In this document: one piece after another, positions 62,842-64,000 of the stretch | How positions within the stretch are numbered: the first letter of the stretch is position 1 | Layout of the letters: the number at the start of each line of letters is the position of its first letter | Origin: Paludibacteraceae bacterium | GTDB taxonomy: Bacteria > Bacteroidota > Bacteroidia > Bacteroidales > Paludibacteraceae | Reading direction: 5' to 3' | Length of the DNA stretch: 64,000 bases | Assembly: GCA_045577965.1 (NCBI GenBank) | Contig: JAZNJI010000002.1 | Span: forward strand, 4,323 to 68,322 | The notes under the pieces: model-generated | Databases searched by the model: none | Told to the model about the DNA's origin: nothing | The model's input: only the letters and a program-made list of their open reading frames with translations | Program-made: the position numbers and the translations under genes

Positions 62842-64000
62842 ATGGACTATAATTTTTCCGATATTGAAAAGAAATGGCAAGCCGAATGGGCTAAAGCAGG
62901 TACTTACAAGGTAAGTAACCAAAGCGACAAAAAGCCCTTCTATGTCCTCGACATGTTCCCTTATCCATCGGGCGCGGGCTTGCACGTAGGTCACCCCCTC
63001 GGCTATATCGCCAGTGACATTTACAGCCGCTACAAACGCCTTCAGGGATTCAATGTCCTCCACCCAATGGGCTTCGACTCCTACGGTCTGCCTGCGGAGC
63101 AATATGCTATCCAAACAGGTCAACACCCAGAAAAGACCACTATGGAGAATATCGCTCACTATATCGAGCAACTCCAAAAGATTGGTTTCAACTACGATTG
63201 GGATCGCGAAGTAAAAACTTGCAACCCAGACTTCTACAAGTGGACACAATGGGCATTTATCCAAATGTTCAACTCCTACTTCGATACCTCTTTGCAGAAG
63301 GCACAACCTATCAGCAAACTGATTGAGAAGTTCGAGACTACCGACCCAACATGGGCAACCCTCTCCGAGAAAGAGCAACAAGAGCGCCTCATGAACTACC
63401 GTATCGCGTACCTCGCTGATACCAAAGTGAACTGGTGCCCACAACTCGGTTGTGTGCTCGCCAATGACGAAGTGAGCGAAGGCCTTTCTGTTCGTGGTGG
63501 CTACCCAGTTGAGCAACGCGTCATGCGCCAATGGAACCTCCGTGTAAGTGCCTACGCACCACGCCTGCTCCAAGGACTTGATACTGTGGATTGGACAGAC
63601 TCCCTCAAGGAGACCCAACGCAACTGGATCGGTCGCAGCGAAGGTGCTGAGATGCGCTTTGCTATCAAAGGACAAGACGAACCATTCACTATCTTTACTA
63701 CCCGTGCAGATACAGTGTATGGCGTGACCTTTATGGTATTGGCTCCAGAGAGCGAGTATGTAGCGCGTGTGACTACCGAGGAGCAAAAAGCAGAGGTAGA
63801 GGCGTACCTCCAAATGGTGAAGAACCGTACCGAGCGTGAGCGTATTGCTGACCGCCGTGTGACAGGTGTGTTCACAGGTTCGTATGCTATCAACCCTCTC
63901 ACCAAAGCTGAGATACCTATCTATATAAGTGACTATGTATTGAGCGGTTATGGCACAGGTGCTATCATGGCTGTGCCTGCACACGATAGTCGTGACTATG
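62842..64000 (+). CDS. leuS: leucyl-tRNA synthetase (N-terminal part; continues beyond window)
   Basis: [34 protein letters not shown] (HIGH motif) and the editing-domain entry are present. It is not in the ORF track because no stop lies in the window. Confidence 0.93.
   Translation, partial: MDYNFSDIEKKWQAEWAKAGTYKVSNQSDKKPFYVLDMFPYPSGAGLHVGHPLGYIASDIYSRYKRLQGFNVLHPMGFDSYGLPAEQYAIQTGQHPEKTTMENIAHYIEQLQKIGFNYDWDREVKTCNPDFYKWTQWAFIQMFNSYFDTSLQKAQPISKLIEKFETTDPTWATLSEKEQQERLMNYRIAYLADTKVNWCPQLGCVLANDEVSEGLSVRGGYPVEQRVMRQWNLRVSAYAPRLLQGLDTVDWTDSLKETQRNWIGRSEGAEMRFAIKGQDEPFTIFTTRADTVYGVTFMVLAPESEYVARVTTEEQKAEVEAYLQMVKNRTERERIADRRVTGVFTGSYAINPLTKAEIPIYISDYVLSGYGTGAIMAVPAHDSRDY

Noticed and set aside
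62737-63984. 415-aa minus-strand ORF
   Set aside because: This is an antisense shadow of leuS. The plus frame carries the HIGH motif and conserved LeuS blocks but is missing from the track because it has no stop in the window.

Overview
This is a 64-kb chromosomal segment of a Bacteroidales-type genome. The assignment rests on TAnnTTTG -7 promoter boxes in front of nearly every transcription unit, the absence of Shine-Dalgarno sequences, and TonB, OM-barrel and lipoprotein content. All family names come from motif recall only; no searches were run.

Gene content:
- About 60 CDS are called. Most are housekeeping: clpB, ddl, two polyprenyl synthases, sufCD, prs, tonB, recG, tpiA, pyrH, frr, rsgA, recA, tcdA, topB, rplU-rpmA, serS, tkt and leuS (partial).
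- Three accessory patches interrupt them:
  - 1-5.8 kb: a DpnII-type GATC restriction-modification operon, a Bro-N/Fic protein and a DUF3987-like P-loop protein.
  - 31-35.8 kb: an operon of HPr-kinase-like, SipW-like peptidase, PqqD and nucleotidyltransferase genes, next to an AlbA_2/Schlafen-like gene.
  - 39.6-42.1 kb: small gene modules (DUF4160/DUF2442 and DUF3791-DUF3990-DUF3791), each with its own promoter and each closed by the same conserved about 32-bp hairpin.
- No rRNA, tRNA, CRISPR array, transposase or integrase was seen.

Most unusual signal:
- A pervasive repeat grammar that I do not recognise fills most intergenic spacers. It consists of tandem 7-10 nt words written in a three-letter alphabet, G-free on one strand or C-free on the other, punctuated by GC mini-hairpins with GAA/AAA/GCA loops.
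- These arrays abut start codons.
- They bracket two Avd/23S-IVS-like four-helix-bundle genes as inverted arrays.
- They appear in frame inside conserved proteins (Ddl, RsgA, an FAD oxidoreductase, a DoxX-like protein and the HPr-kinase-like protein), reminiscent of Rickettsia palindromic elements.

Other leads: the kinase/PqqD/NTase/peptidase operon has no visible precursor or cyclase, the DUF3990 protein carries a PARP-like H-Y-E signature, and ClpB lacks its N-terminal domain.
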